A DNA stretch of 64,000 bases from Hemiscyllium ocellatum (taxonomy: Eukaryota), in NCBI RefSeq assembly GCF_020745735.1, contig NC_083411.1, positions 20,729,263 to 20,793,262 of the forward strand. The letters run 5' to 3'. Made by a program: the position numbers and the translations under genes. This document shows, piece after piece, positions 40,677 through 52,845 of the stretch. Each line of letters starts with the position of its first letter. Within the stretch, counting starts at the first letter, position 1. Under the pieces are notes generated by a model. That model saw nothing but the letters and a program-made list of their open reading frames with translations, was not told the origin of the DNA and did no database searches.

Positions 40677-42529
40677 CTAGGAGTTCAAATCCTACAATGA
40701 CAGCTGATAAATTTAATTAACAAGTCCAGGATTAAAAGCTAGTCTCTTTGACGGTGACCATGAAATTATCATTGATTATTGTAAAATCCTATATGTTTCA
40801 TTAATGTCCTTTAGGGAAGGAAATCTGCCTTCCTTTTACAGTATAGTCTGTGTGTGACTCCACAGCAGTATGGTTGATTCTGAGCTGCTCTCTCTCAAGT
40901 GGATGAGCAAGTCACTCAATTCAAGGGCAATTAGGGATGGACGATAAATGCTTAGCAATGCTCACCATCCTATGAAAGGCTAAAGAAAAGACAGACAGGA
41001 TGTCCTACTCACTTCCTCCCCAGCAAAGCAAACACCCTCCTTGCGATTAGCCTTCCCTTCATAAACAGCTACCCATCTCTCCCGTGAATGAATCCTGTAC
41101 ATTGTACAGGATTGCTCCCACTCTGGCTTGACCCCTTTCTGAGGAAGTGCAGCTCTCCTTGACCTGCAACCTTCTCAGGCCTTCTTCCTACTCAGCTGGA
41201 AGTCAAGCTGACATCTGGACAAGAAAGCTATCCATGACAAAACAAGTATGTTGCAGAGTTATCACAAGGTCCAGGGTACCTCTCACTTCCGGATTGCCTC
41301 TCACCTCTCTATATTTCCCAACCACTTAAATCCTGGCATGCGAGCAGTTCAGCTTGCGATCCAACCAACGTCAACCAACTTGAACAGAAACTGCTGGAAA
41401 CAACTCTGCAGGCCTGGCAGCATCTGTGGAGCGCAAGCAAAGTTAATGTTCCAGTGACCCTTCTTCAGAGTTCTTGGATGATGGCATCCAAACTAATATG
41501 CAGGTCTGTAAGTGCTATCCTCTGGAGTTTGATGATGGATGGGAAGTGAAATTCAGCACTCAATAAAAACCTGAATGCTAATGCATTCCGGTATTAGCAC
41601 CAACGCTGAATCTTCACAGCAGTTTGTTTTCACGTGGTCTGATTTATTCATTACACTTTGCAACAAACATCAATCCAAACACTGCACACAAAACACCAGC
41701 AGTAAAGTTTCACACTCTGTTACTCCTCTCAGTCAAGCTCTCTCCCAGGCATTTTCATAGCCTGAAACGCTGTTCCTTCTGTATTGAAGTGTTAATGTAA
41801 GACTAAAAACAGGTTTCTGAACCAGACTTAACAAATAATAGGTTCTGGAAAATCTGTTGTCTATTCATGCCACAGTAAGTTCTGAAAACCTTTTGATTTA
41901 CCTTGATACTCTGTGAGACAATGGTCATCCAACATAAGAAATTGATTAGATTGAATAGGTTTTTGTGGCAGTAGATATTTACCAGTGAAGTGAAAGATTT
42001 GAGGTGCAAGCATTACTCTGTATTCTGTCAAAAAAAAATGGTTTTTTTGGGTCTTTTTTTCTGTCCTTACATGTTGAAAATTACATTGTAAAAATGTGTT
42101 CATGGGATGTGGGTGTCATTGGCAAACCCAGTTTTTATTGCCTGTGTCTAAATAGCTTGAGTGGATGTGAGCCAACTTAGTGAATGATTGTTGCCCACGT
42201 AGTGTGGATTGTTCGGAAGGGAGTGCCAGGGCTTTGACCCAGCATAGTGAAGAAACAGTGATTTGTTTACAAGCCAACATGATGTGGGGCTTGGAGAGGA
42301 GTTTGCAGTTGATGGTGTTCCCCTGCATCTTCAGTCCTTGACCTTCTAGTTATTTGAGGTCAAATAAGGTATGTTGAAGGAGTCTTTGTGAGTTGGTTCA
42401 GTGAATCTTGTAGCTATTACTCACTGCTGCGACTGTGTCCCAGTTGTGGAGAGATTGAATGTTTAAGGTGATGATGGGGTTCTGATCAAGAAGGCTACAT
42501 TGTCTTGGATGGCACTCCGCTTTTTGGAT

Positions 42530-43000
42530 GTCATAGAGTCATAGAGATGTACAGCATGGAAACAGACCCATTGGTCCGACCTGTCCATGCTGATCAGATA
42601 TCCCAACCCAATCTAGTCCCACCTGCCAGCATCCGGCCCATATCCCTCCAAACCCTTCCTATTCATATACCCATCCAAATGCCTCTTAAATGTTGGAATT
42701 GTACCAGCCTCCACCGCATCCTCTGGCAGCTCATTCCATACACGTACCACTCTCTGCGTGAAAATGTTGCCCCTTAGGTCTCTTTTATATCTTTCTCTTC
42801 TCAACCTAAACCTATGCCCTCTAGTTCTGGACTCCCTGACCCCAGGGAAAAGACTTTGTCTATTTATCCTATCCATGCCCCTCATAATTTTGTAAACCTC
42901 TATAAGGTCACCCCTCAGCCTCCAACGCTCCATGGAAAACAGCCCCAGCCTGTTCAGCCTCTCCCTATAGCTCAAATCCTCTGACCCTGGCAACATCCTG
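42530..43000 (-). mobile_element. Young CR1 3' fragment inside an older LINE remnant (about 42095-43105)
   Basis: 127-aa ORF matching the CR1 ORF2 C-terminus; (ACTCTATG)n tail. Confidence 0.92.
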
Positions 43001-43741
43001 TTGTTGGATTCGCGCTCATGCAGACAATGGATTATACTCCTAATTCTTCTTTACAAATGATAAAAGGGCTTTGGGGAGTCAGGTATTCATGTCAGTATTC
43101 CCAGTTATAGTTGCCTAGTGGTACTGGGCTGTTAATCCAGGCTCCCACATAATGTTCTGGGGGCTTAGGTTCAAATCCTGCAACAGCGGAATTTATGGAA
43201 TTATAGAACTTGAATTCAATAAATATCTGGAATGAAGAGTCTAATAAAACCTTAATTGATTATCAGAAAATCTGATCTGATTCATTCATGTCCTATAGAC
43301 AAAGTAACTGCTGTCCTTACTTGGTCTGGCCTACATATTATTCTAGACCCACAGCAATGAAATGGGCAATAAATGCTAGCCCAGCCAGTGATGCCCTCAT
43401 CCCATGAATGAATAGTAAAAAATAATTTAGAAGGCAAAGATATGGTCCAAGTAATGGTAACCCAAAGGATGGTGATGGGCTGGGTGCACAAAGTTATGAA
43501 TAAAGGCTGAATGTTTAGAGAAGTCCTATGTAGCAGGTGTGCTGGGTAATGAAAAGGAAAAAGAAAATACAGCAACAAATCAACTACTTAAACTGATGCG
43601 GTAACTTCAGCATTAAGAGAAAATCCCGATCATTTACAAATGAAGTGGTCACCTAGCAATCAAGTCGAGATAATGAGAGAGGGCAACATTCCCCTTTTAT
43701 TAGTTAAGGGAGGAGATTTTGCAAACCCTTTGCAGATTTTC

Positions 43742-45275
43742 TGAAATAACTCCACAGAGGATCCTGTCACCAACACCCCATAAGACACATGGCAAGTCCT
43801 TGATACTAGTCGGGCTTCTTTGGATCCAGCTCTCAGAGTCAAAATGGCTGACACTCGTATTCTTTTCTCCCCCACACTACCACCTAACAGCCACATTGCC
43901 ATTTGTCGAGAAGGGCCCTGCTTGTTACTGGCCACTCTGGTGTTTCCTTTCTTTCTGATAGTGGAATATAACATGTTGGTTGTGCTTGTTTTTCCCCAAC
44001 ACCCATGTCGTGTATGTGCAGGTATAGGATACAGAGAAGAACAACAAGTGTGTAAATCTTTATTTATATTCCACCACCAGGAAGAAAGGAAACACCCGAG
44101 TGGCCAGTGACAAGCAGTGCCCTTCTCAACAAATGGCAATGTTGCGTGATCAAAAAAAAAGTGAAGGGGTGGGGGGCAGGGATTAGATCATAATAGAGTT
44201 GGAGGGGGAAATAAAACACTCCACTCCCTGCGGCGCCCACCTCTCCCTGAACAGCACAAGGTGTTGGTGGACACCGTGTGCTACTTCTTAGGGACACGCA
44301 GCCTTGAATGTAACCACAGAAGAGGGGCAGGCAATCGGCCCTAACAAGACACTCGTGTTCTTTGTTTGAGCCAGCTTTCAGAGTAAACAGGATGTCGGAC
44401 ACTCCTGTTTCTTTTCGTTCTTCTTTTTTGTCTTTTTTTCTTCTTCCCCACGCTGCTGCCTGGCAGCGGTAGTGCTTATTTTCCCCCCACTCCCATGCTG
44501 TGTGTCACAGCTGTGAGACACAGTGAAAGACACAAGGTGCACGAATCTTTATTCAAACTTCCACCACCAGGAAGAAAAGAAACACCCGAGTGGCCAGTGA
44601 CAAGCAGTGTCCTTCTCAAAGGGCATTGCTGCATGATCAGACAGTGAAAGGCAGGGCAGAGGTTAAATCAAAATAAGGTTGGAGGGGGAAAAAATGCACT
44701 CCACTCCCTGCGGTGCCCACCTCTCCTTGAACTACTCCAGAGTGTCGGTGGACACCACGTGCTCCTTCTCTAGAGACACCCGGGCCCTAACGTAACCGCA
44801 GAAGAGGGGCAGGCAGTCGGCCCTAATAAGACACTTGTTTTTTTTTTAAAGACACAAGGTGCACAAATCTTTATTCAGTTTCCATCACCAGGAAGAAAAG
44901 TAACACCCGAGTGGCCAGTGACAAGCAGTGCCCTTCACATCAAAGGGCAATGCAGTGTGATCAAACAGTGAAGGGTAGGGCAGGACAGAGGTGAAACCAA
45001 AATAGAATTGGCGAGGGAAATAATGCACTCCCCTCCCTGTGGCGCCCACCTCTCCCTGAACAACTCCAGGGTGTCGGTGGACACCGCATGCTCCTTCTCC
45101 AGGGACACCCGGGCTCTAATGCAACCGCGTAAGAGGGGCAGGCAGTTGGCTCTAACGAGACACTTGTGTGTTTATCAATCAGCCAGGGCTCTCTGATTGG
45201 ACCGGGTTAACAGCCCCAATCAGGAAACCCATATTTTATGAGGTTCACTTGGCTGACTTTGTTACAATCACCACA
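43742..45275 (-). mobile_element. Solo LTR (~225 bp, TG...CA) split by three Tx1-derived insertions
   Basis: Minus strand starts TGTGGTGATTGTAAC and ends GGAGTTATTTCA; CCAAT box and TATA-like GATAAACA; homologous to 39357-39751. Confidence 0.7.
43859..45158 (-). mobile_element. Three head-to-tail Tx1 (L1-clade) 3'-end elements: 43859-44347, 44408-44829, 44839-45158
   Basis: Each encodes a consensus like ADCLPLFRGYVRARVSLEKEHAVSTDTLELFRERWAPQGVECII, followed by AATAAA and an A-rich tail; copies are separated by ACRAGTGTC repeats. Confidence 0.8.
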
Positions 45276-48149
45276 TTTGTCACTCAGAATGTTTCGGCAG
45301 TCTGCTCACTCCAAATCTTCCCTGACTCCATGTGAGCCTTGATTGGTTTGTCTACCCCACTGCCCACCAACTAACCCCCTTCCCCCCCAGCACCCTAACC
45401 CCTTGCCAGCCTAATATTTTCCACCCTGACCTATATAGCCATCATCCCCAATAAATCAGTCCTCATTTCCAGGGACTTAGCTGAGGTATGGTCACATTTC
45501 CCAGTTGTCACTGATAATTTTTCACATTCTTAAATGTTAACAAACTGAGCCCCTGGAGTGCCTTGCGTATTAGCCTTTGATTAATGATGTTTACTGACGT
45601 AAAAAACCTTCAGGCCACAGAAGGATCTGTCTGGTAATATTAGTGTCATTTGAATTCTCACTAACCTCCCACACCCATGTACTGAGTTGAGAGCCAGAGC
45701 ATCTGAAAAACTGACAAACAGAAAGCGGCTTTTTATACTCATCTGTGCTCCAGTAATTCCTGTGTTCCATGATGGGGACTCGCTGCTTGAGAAAGGAGCA
45801 GGGCTCTGAAAGCTTGTGGTTTCAAATAAACCTGTTGGACTATAACCTGTGTTGTGTGATTTTTGACTTGGTCCCGAGTTCTAATAATTGCTGTCGTCCA
45901 ACTGTTCCTGAATTCTATTTACTCCCTTTGTTCCAGTTACTCCTGTGCTTGGGTTAGTCCTACCTTCCAGTTATCCATGTGATCCAACAAATCCAGAGCT
46001 CCAACTCTTCCAAAACTCCACCCGCTCCAATGTGCCATTTATTCTGGACCGTGTTATTCCTATGTTGAACAGCCATCCAGTGCTATGTGGAGCATATAGG
46101 AGACTTGTTGTGACCAAGATGATCCCAAGTGCAGGATGGGTCACTGGCTGGACAAGCTGGAACTTCACATTGCAGAACTTGACCAGTGAGTGGAGTCACT
46201 GAGGTGCACCAATGAGGCAGAGCCTCCCCTGGGTGACACATTCAGAGAGGTGGTCACCACACAGGCTAACAGCAAGCAGGGAGTGAGTGAACACCAGCCC
46301 ACTCCAGGAGAACCAGGCAGATACATGCAGATGTCACCAGAAATCTCACTCACAAACCAGTTTTTCTATTATGGATATCAGTGAGGGCAATGGATCCTTG
46401 AAGGAGTGCAGCACACAGGATCATGAATGGCCCAACTCTGTAGTAACGAAGATGAACTGCTGAAGAGCAGTCATGATAGGGCATTCTTTAGCTGTGGAAC
46501 AGTCAGGTGCTTCTGTGACCATTACTGTTAACCCAGGATATTTAATTGCCTTCATAGTGCTAGGATTAGAGATGTCACAGAACAGCTGCAGGGTATTCTA
46601 CAGGGGGAATGTTGAAATCCAGAACCACATCTAGTGACCATAGGTTGGAAATGGATGTTGTCCTGCAATCAGAATTTCAGAAGCGTAGCAGAAAATTAGA
46701 AGCAGGCTCTCCAAAGTAGTAACATTCAGATTACTCCCAGCGCCATGTGTAAGTGAGTGCAGAAAGCAGAAGATAAGGCAGATGAATTCATGGTTGGAAA
46801 GATGATGCAAGAGGAAGGGCCTTTTATTTTTAGGACCCTGGAACAGACTTTGGGTGGGGGGTGATGGAGAGCACAGGTATAAACTGGACAGGTTACATCT
46901 GAACTGAACCCAGGCTGAGTCCCTTGCAGGCATTTTGCTAATGCTACTGGAAAGATTTGAAACTAACTCAGCAAGGATGTAAGAACCAGGAGAGAATAAC
47001 AAAAAGTAATTAGGGTGCACAAGATGCAAGGAGAAGCTGATAACATTAAGATAGAGAATAATACACTACCAGGAGAAAATAATGAAGTCTAAATCAGGCT
47101 TATACTGTGCGTCTGTGGATACATAGAGTATTGCTAATAAAACTAGGATGTTAAAGGCATAGTTTTCCTTGTGGGATGATGATGTTGTGGTGACAATGGA
47201 GATCAGACTTCAAGAAAAGCAGATCTGGATGTTATATATTCTTGATTAGGAAGTGTTCAGAACGGCCAGGAAAGGGGTGATAGAAGAAGGAGGAGTGGTA
47301 TTTGTTGGTTGGGGCAGCATTGCTGTTTGAGACAGACTGTTTCAAAGAGTTCAAGGAAAGAATCAATTTGGTTTGACCTGAGGAATGAGAAGCTTGCAAT
47401 CACATTGCTCAGTGTAATATTCAAACCACCAGCTAGTGAGAAATATACAGAGGAATAAACCTGCAAAGAAATCACAGAGAGATGTAAACTTCATGGAGTA
47501 GTTACAATAGGAAACTTTAATTAACTGTATATTGACTAAGAGTGTAGGAGATAGTGAGGGACAAATGGTCCTAGATAATGCTCAGAAGAATTTCCTGTAA
47601 CAATATGTGTCATGTCCAATAGGGAAGGACTCCTGGTAGACCTGGTTCTAATCTGAGTTGAGCCTAATAGATCAAGTGACAGTAGGGGACCGTTTAGAGG
47701 ATAGTGACCATTGAATCATGAAGCTTAGGATAATTATTGAATATGTTATGAGTCAATCCAAAGTTAAAATAATCAGCTGTGGAGAAGTGATTTCACTGCG
47801 GCATGAAGAGAACTGGCCGGATAGAAGGGAGGTGAAAATGCAGGCACAAAAAACAAAGATGGATGATGAGAAAAGACCAGCCGCTAATATGAAAAGGAAT
47901 CTTAAAGTCTTCTATAAACATTAAACAATAAAAGGGTTGTAAAAGGGGGACAAAGGCCAGCTCGGGACCAATAAGGGGATTTACATTTCGCGACAGGAGG
48001 CCTGGCTAAGGTGTTAAATAAATATTTTATATCTATTCTTGCCTTTGAGGCAGATGCTGGCCAAACCATGGTGATAGAGCGGGAAATGCAGTCACCAGGA
48101 GGATTTATAATTGAGGAGACAGGCTCATTATTTAAGCTGAAGATTAGTA

Positions 48150-48390
48150 TGGTGCTGATAAAGCACAGCAGATCAGGCAGCATCCAAGGAGCAGGAAAAT
48201 CAATGTTTTGGGCATAAGCCCTTCATCAGGAATGAGGCTGGAAAACTTGGGGGTGGAGAGATAAATGGGAGGGGATGGGGCCAGGGAAAAGGTAGTTGGG
48301 AGTGCAGTAGGTGGATGGAGGAAGGGGTAAAGGTGATAGATCAGAGAGGAAGGCGAAGCAGATAGGTGGGAAGGAAGATTGACAGGTGGG
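48150..48390 (-). mobile_element. PLE family A 3' UTR/pLTR fragment
   Basis: Decayed hammerhead plus a purine-rich (+ strand) stretch similar to 56930-57110. Confidence 0.75.
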
Positions 48391-48426
48391 GATAACAAGA
48401 AAGGCTTATTATTTACAGTTACAGAG

Positions 48427-48638
48427 GAGAAAGTGAGGTCTGCAGATGCTGGAGATCAGAGCTGAAAATGTGTTGCTGGAAAAGCGCAGCAGGTCAGGCA
48501 GCATCCAAGGAATGGGAAATTTGACGTTTCGGGCATAAGCCCTTCTTCAGGAAGAAAGGCTTATGCCCGAAACATCGAATTTCCTGTTCCTTGGATGCTG
48601 CCTGACCTGCTGCGCTTTTCCAGCAACACATTTTCAGC
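48427..48638 (-). mobile_element. Fold-back mini-PLE family A
   Basis: 14-bp TSD TTACAGTTACAGAG (48413-48426 and 48639-48652); hammerhead core on - strand at about 48523-48550. Confidence 0.9.
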
Positions 48639-49488
48639 TTACAGTTACAGAGACCAGATGAGATGCATCCAAGAATATTGAAGAAAGTGAAAGTAAAAAT
48701 TACAGAGCTTTGGTAGTAGACTTCCAATTTTTCCTGGATTTGGAGTGGTGCCAGAGTATCGGATACTTGCAAACAGTATGCTCTTGTTCAGAAAACATTG
48801 TAAAATCAACCCAACAGTTACAGACCAGTCAGTTTAACCTTGGTTGACTTGGAAACAATTATTCAGAATAGAATTAAGAGTCTTAAGGAAAAATGTGGAT
48901 TAATTCAGAAGAATCAGTCATGATTTGTTCAGGGAAAGTTGTGTCTCACTAGCTTGCTGGGGTTTTTGTTTAAAAGAAGTAACAGAGAGGGTTGATGAGG
49001 AGGAAGTCTTTTACTGTGGTGATCATGAACTTCCAAAAGATGTTTGATAATGTGCCACACAACAAGCTTGTGAGGAAAGTAATAGGTTGGATATTACATG
49101 TGACAGTATGGATACAAAGTTAATTGAGTGATAGGGAACAGACAGTAATAGCAAATGGGCATTTTTCAGGCTGTAAGAATGCATGTGTTGGAATTATTCA
49201 GGGGTAAGCTTTGGGTCCTTTGCTTTTAATGATCTAGATCTTACAGTGCAGAAGACAATTTCAAAGTTTGTAAATGAAACTAAATTTGGGAGAATTGTAA
49301 ACTGTGAGAATATCACAGAACTCAAGAAGACATTGACCAGTTTAGGGAGTGGGCAGATAGGTGGCAGATGAAGTTCAATGTGGAGAAATATGAGGTGATG
49401 CACTTTGGTACAAAGAACATAGAGAGCCAAAATAAAGAGCAATATTGTAAAGAGTGTGTAGGAGCAGAGGACCTGTGTGTGTGTGATC

Positions 49489-49790
49489 GTTGAGAAGTGT
49501 GGCACTGGAAAAGCACAGCAGGTCAGGCAGCCTCCGAGGAGCAGGAGAATCAACATTTCGGGCAGAAGCCCTTCAGCAGGAATGGGGTTGGGGGAGGGAT
49601 GGAAGGTGACTGAGAGGTAAATACAAGGGTGGGGAAGGTATCTGGGAAGGTGATAGGTATTCATGACAGGTATCATCTTCCCAGCTCCTTCAATTCTCCT
49701 GCTCCTCAGATACTGCCTGACTTGCTGTGCTTTTCCAGTGCCACACTTTTCATCTCTGATCTCTGGCATCTGCAGTCCTCACTTTCTCCC
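49489..49790 (+). mobile_element. Older fold-back PLE family A
   Basis: Inverted arms and CATCTGCAGTCCTCACTTTCTCC tail. Confidence 0.75.
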
Positions 49791-50281
49791 TGTATACGTA
49801 CATAAGACATTAAGATGTCAAGAAAGGGAGAGAGAGAACTGTCTATAAATCATTCAGTATTGTAGGCTTCATAAATAGGGACAAGAGCAGGAAGGTTATG
49901 ATGAACTTGGACACTAGTTCAAGCTCAGGTGGAATATTATATACAGTTCTGAGCAACACGTTGTTAGGAAGAGTGTGAATGCATTGAGAGCATAGAAGAA
50001 GTTTAAGAGAATAGATCCAGGGACACGACTTTTATGCCAGGAGAAAAGATTGGAGAAGCTGGGACTATGTCCTTGGAGAGGAGCAAGTTAGTAGACAATT
50101 GCAGAAAAGTGGATATGTATGGACAGTTTGGACAGAGAGAAATTGTTTCCCACTCATAAAATGATTGCGAACCAGAGGGCACAGTCTGCAAAAAAGAGCA
50201 AATGTCAGATGAGAAGAGCTTTTCTGCATGGTGAGTAGCAAGGATCTGGAATGCACTGTCTGGAAGCGTGGGGGAAACACT

Positions 50282-52845
50282 CATAGAGTCATAGAGATGT
50301 ACAGCACGGAAACAGACCCTACGATCCAACCTGTCCATGCCGACCAGATATCCCAACCCAATTTACTCCCACCCACCAGCACCTGGCCCATATCCTTCCA
50401 AACCCTTCCTATTTATATACCCATCCAGATGCCTTTTTAATGTTGCAATTGTACTAGCCTCCACCACTTCCTCTGACAGCTCATTCCATACATGTACCAC
50501 TCTGCGTAAAAATGTCACCCCTCAGGTCTCTTTTATATCTTTCCTCTCTCAGCCTAAACTTATGGCATTTTGTTCCGGACTCTTCCACCCCAGGGAAAAG
50601 TCTATTTATCCTATCTATGTACCTCATGATTTTATAAACCTCTATAAGGTCACCCCACAGCCTCTGGCGCTTCAGGGAAAACAGCCCTAGCCTGTTCAGA
50701 CTCTCCCTATAGCTCAAGTACTCCAACCCTGGCAACATCCTTGTAAATCTTTTCTGAACATTTTCAGTTTCACATCTTTCTGATAGGAAGGAGACCAGAA
50801 TTGCACGCAATATTCCAAAAGTGGCCTAACCAATGTCCTGAACAGCTGCAACATGACCTCCCACCTCCTATACTCAATACCCTGACCAGTAAAGGAAAAC
50901 ATACCAAACGCCTTCTTCACTATCCTATCTACCTGCGACTCCACTTTCAAGGAGCTATGAACCTGCACTCCAAGGTCTCTTTGTTCAGCAACACTCCCTA
51001 GGACCTTCCCATTAAGTGTATAAGTCATGCTAAGATTTGCACCTCCCATTTATTTAAATTAAACTCCATCTGCCACTCAACCCATTGGCCCATCCAATCA
51101 AAATCCCATTGTAATCTGAGATAACCTTCTTCGCTGTCCACTTCACATTTAATGGTAAGGTCTGAGGGAGTGTTGCTGGATAAAGAAGAGACCTTGGAGT
51201 GCAAGTTCGTAGCTCCTTGAAAGTGGAGTCGCAGGTAGGTAGGATAGTGAAGAAAGAATTTGGTATGCTTGCTATTATTGGTCAGAGTATTGAGTACAGG
51301 AGTTGGGAGGTCACGTTGCGGCTGTACAGGACATTGGTTAGGCCACTGTTGGGATATTGCGTGCAATTCTGGTCTCCTTCCTGGCCCTTCTGTGATGGGC
51401 GGCACGGTGGTACAGTGGTTAGCACTGCTGCCTCACAGTGCCAGGGACCTGGGTTCAATTCCCGCCTCAGGCGACTGACTGTGTGAAGTTTGCACGTTCT
51501 CCCCATGTCTGCGTGGGTTTCCTCCGGGTGCTCCGGTTTCCTCCCACAGTCCAAAGATGTGCGGGTCAGGTGAATTGGCCACGCTAAATTGCCCGTGGTG
51601 TTAGGTAAGGGGCATATGTAGGGGTATGGATGGGTTGTGCTTCGGCGGGTCGGTGTGGACTTGTTGGGCCGAAGGGCCTGTTTCCACACTGTAAGTAATC
51701 TAATCTAATCCTATCAGAAAGATGTTGCTAAACTTGAAAGAGCTCAGAAAAGATTTACAAGGATGTTGCCAGCATTGGAGGATTGGAGCTATAGGGAGAG
51801 GCTGAACAGGCTGTGGCTGTTTTTCCTGGAGCGTCGGAGGCTGAGGGGTGACCTTATCGAGGTTTACAAAATTATGAGGGGCATAGGTAGGATAAATCGT
51901 CAAAGTATTTTCTCTGGGGTCAGGGATTCCAGGACTAGAGGGCATAGGCTTAGGGTGAGAGTGGAAAGATATAAAACAGACCTAAGGGGCAACTTTTTCA
52001 CACTGAGGGTGGTATGTGTATGGAATGAGCTGCCAGAGGACGTGGTGGAGGCTGGTACAATTGCAACATTTAAAAGACATTTGGATGGGTATATGAATAG
52101 GAAGGATTTGGAGGGATATGGGCCGGGTGCTGGCAGGTGGGACTAGATTGGGTTGGGATATATCAGCATGGATGAGTTGGACCGAAGGGTCTGTTTCCAT
52201 GCTGTACATCTCTATGACTATGACTCTATGACCTCCAATTTTGGTATCATCTGAAAACTTATTAACTATACCTCCTATGTTCACATCGAAATCATTTATA
52301 CCAATGGCGAAAAGTAGTGGACCCAGTTCCAATCCTTGTGGCACTCCACTGGTCACAGGCCTACAGTCTAAAAAACAACCCTCCACCACCACCCGGTCTT
52401 CTACCTTTGAGTCAGTTCTATATCCAAATGGCTAATTCTCCCTGTATACCATGAGATCCAGCCTTGCTAACCAGTCTCCCATGGAGAACCTTGTCGAACG
52501 CCTTACTGAAGTCTGTATAGATCATGTCCACTGTTCTGCCCTCAATAATCCTCTTTGTTAGTTCTTCAGGAAACTCAATCAAGTTTGTGAGACATGATTT
52601 CCCAAGCGCAAAGCCATGTTGACTATCCCTAATTAGTCCTTGCCTTTCCAAATACATGCATATCCTGTCCCTCAGGATTCTCTCCAAAGACTTGCCCACC
52701 ACCAATGTCTGGCTCACTAGTGTTTACTTCCCAGGCTTGCTTTTACACCCTTCTCAAACAGTGGCACCATGTTAGCCAACCTCGAGTCTTCTGGCACCTC
52801 ACCTGTGACTATTGATGATACAAATGTCTCAGCAAGGGTCCCAAC
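50282..52845 (-). mobile_element. Young CR1 (-) split by another young CR1 (+, about 51145-52230)
   Basis: KFSDDTKIGG (~52235) continues into VDSEEGYLRL (~51140) once the insert is removed. Confidence 0.88.
51145..52230 (+). mobile_element. Young CR1 3' fragment containing an HE1-like SINE (51397-51710)
   Basis: QFWSPS / YQKDV split by the SINE; CR1 tail at about 52210-52230. Confidence 0.9.

Noticed and set aside
49194-49769. 191-aa ORF
   Set aside because: Chance read-through of PLE arms and antisense CR1
50282-52845. Twin-priming inversion of a single CR1
   Set aside because: Both pieces have their own 3' tails and overlap in consensus coordinates, so they are nested independent insertions
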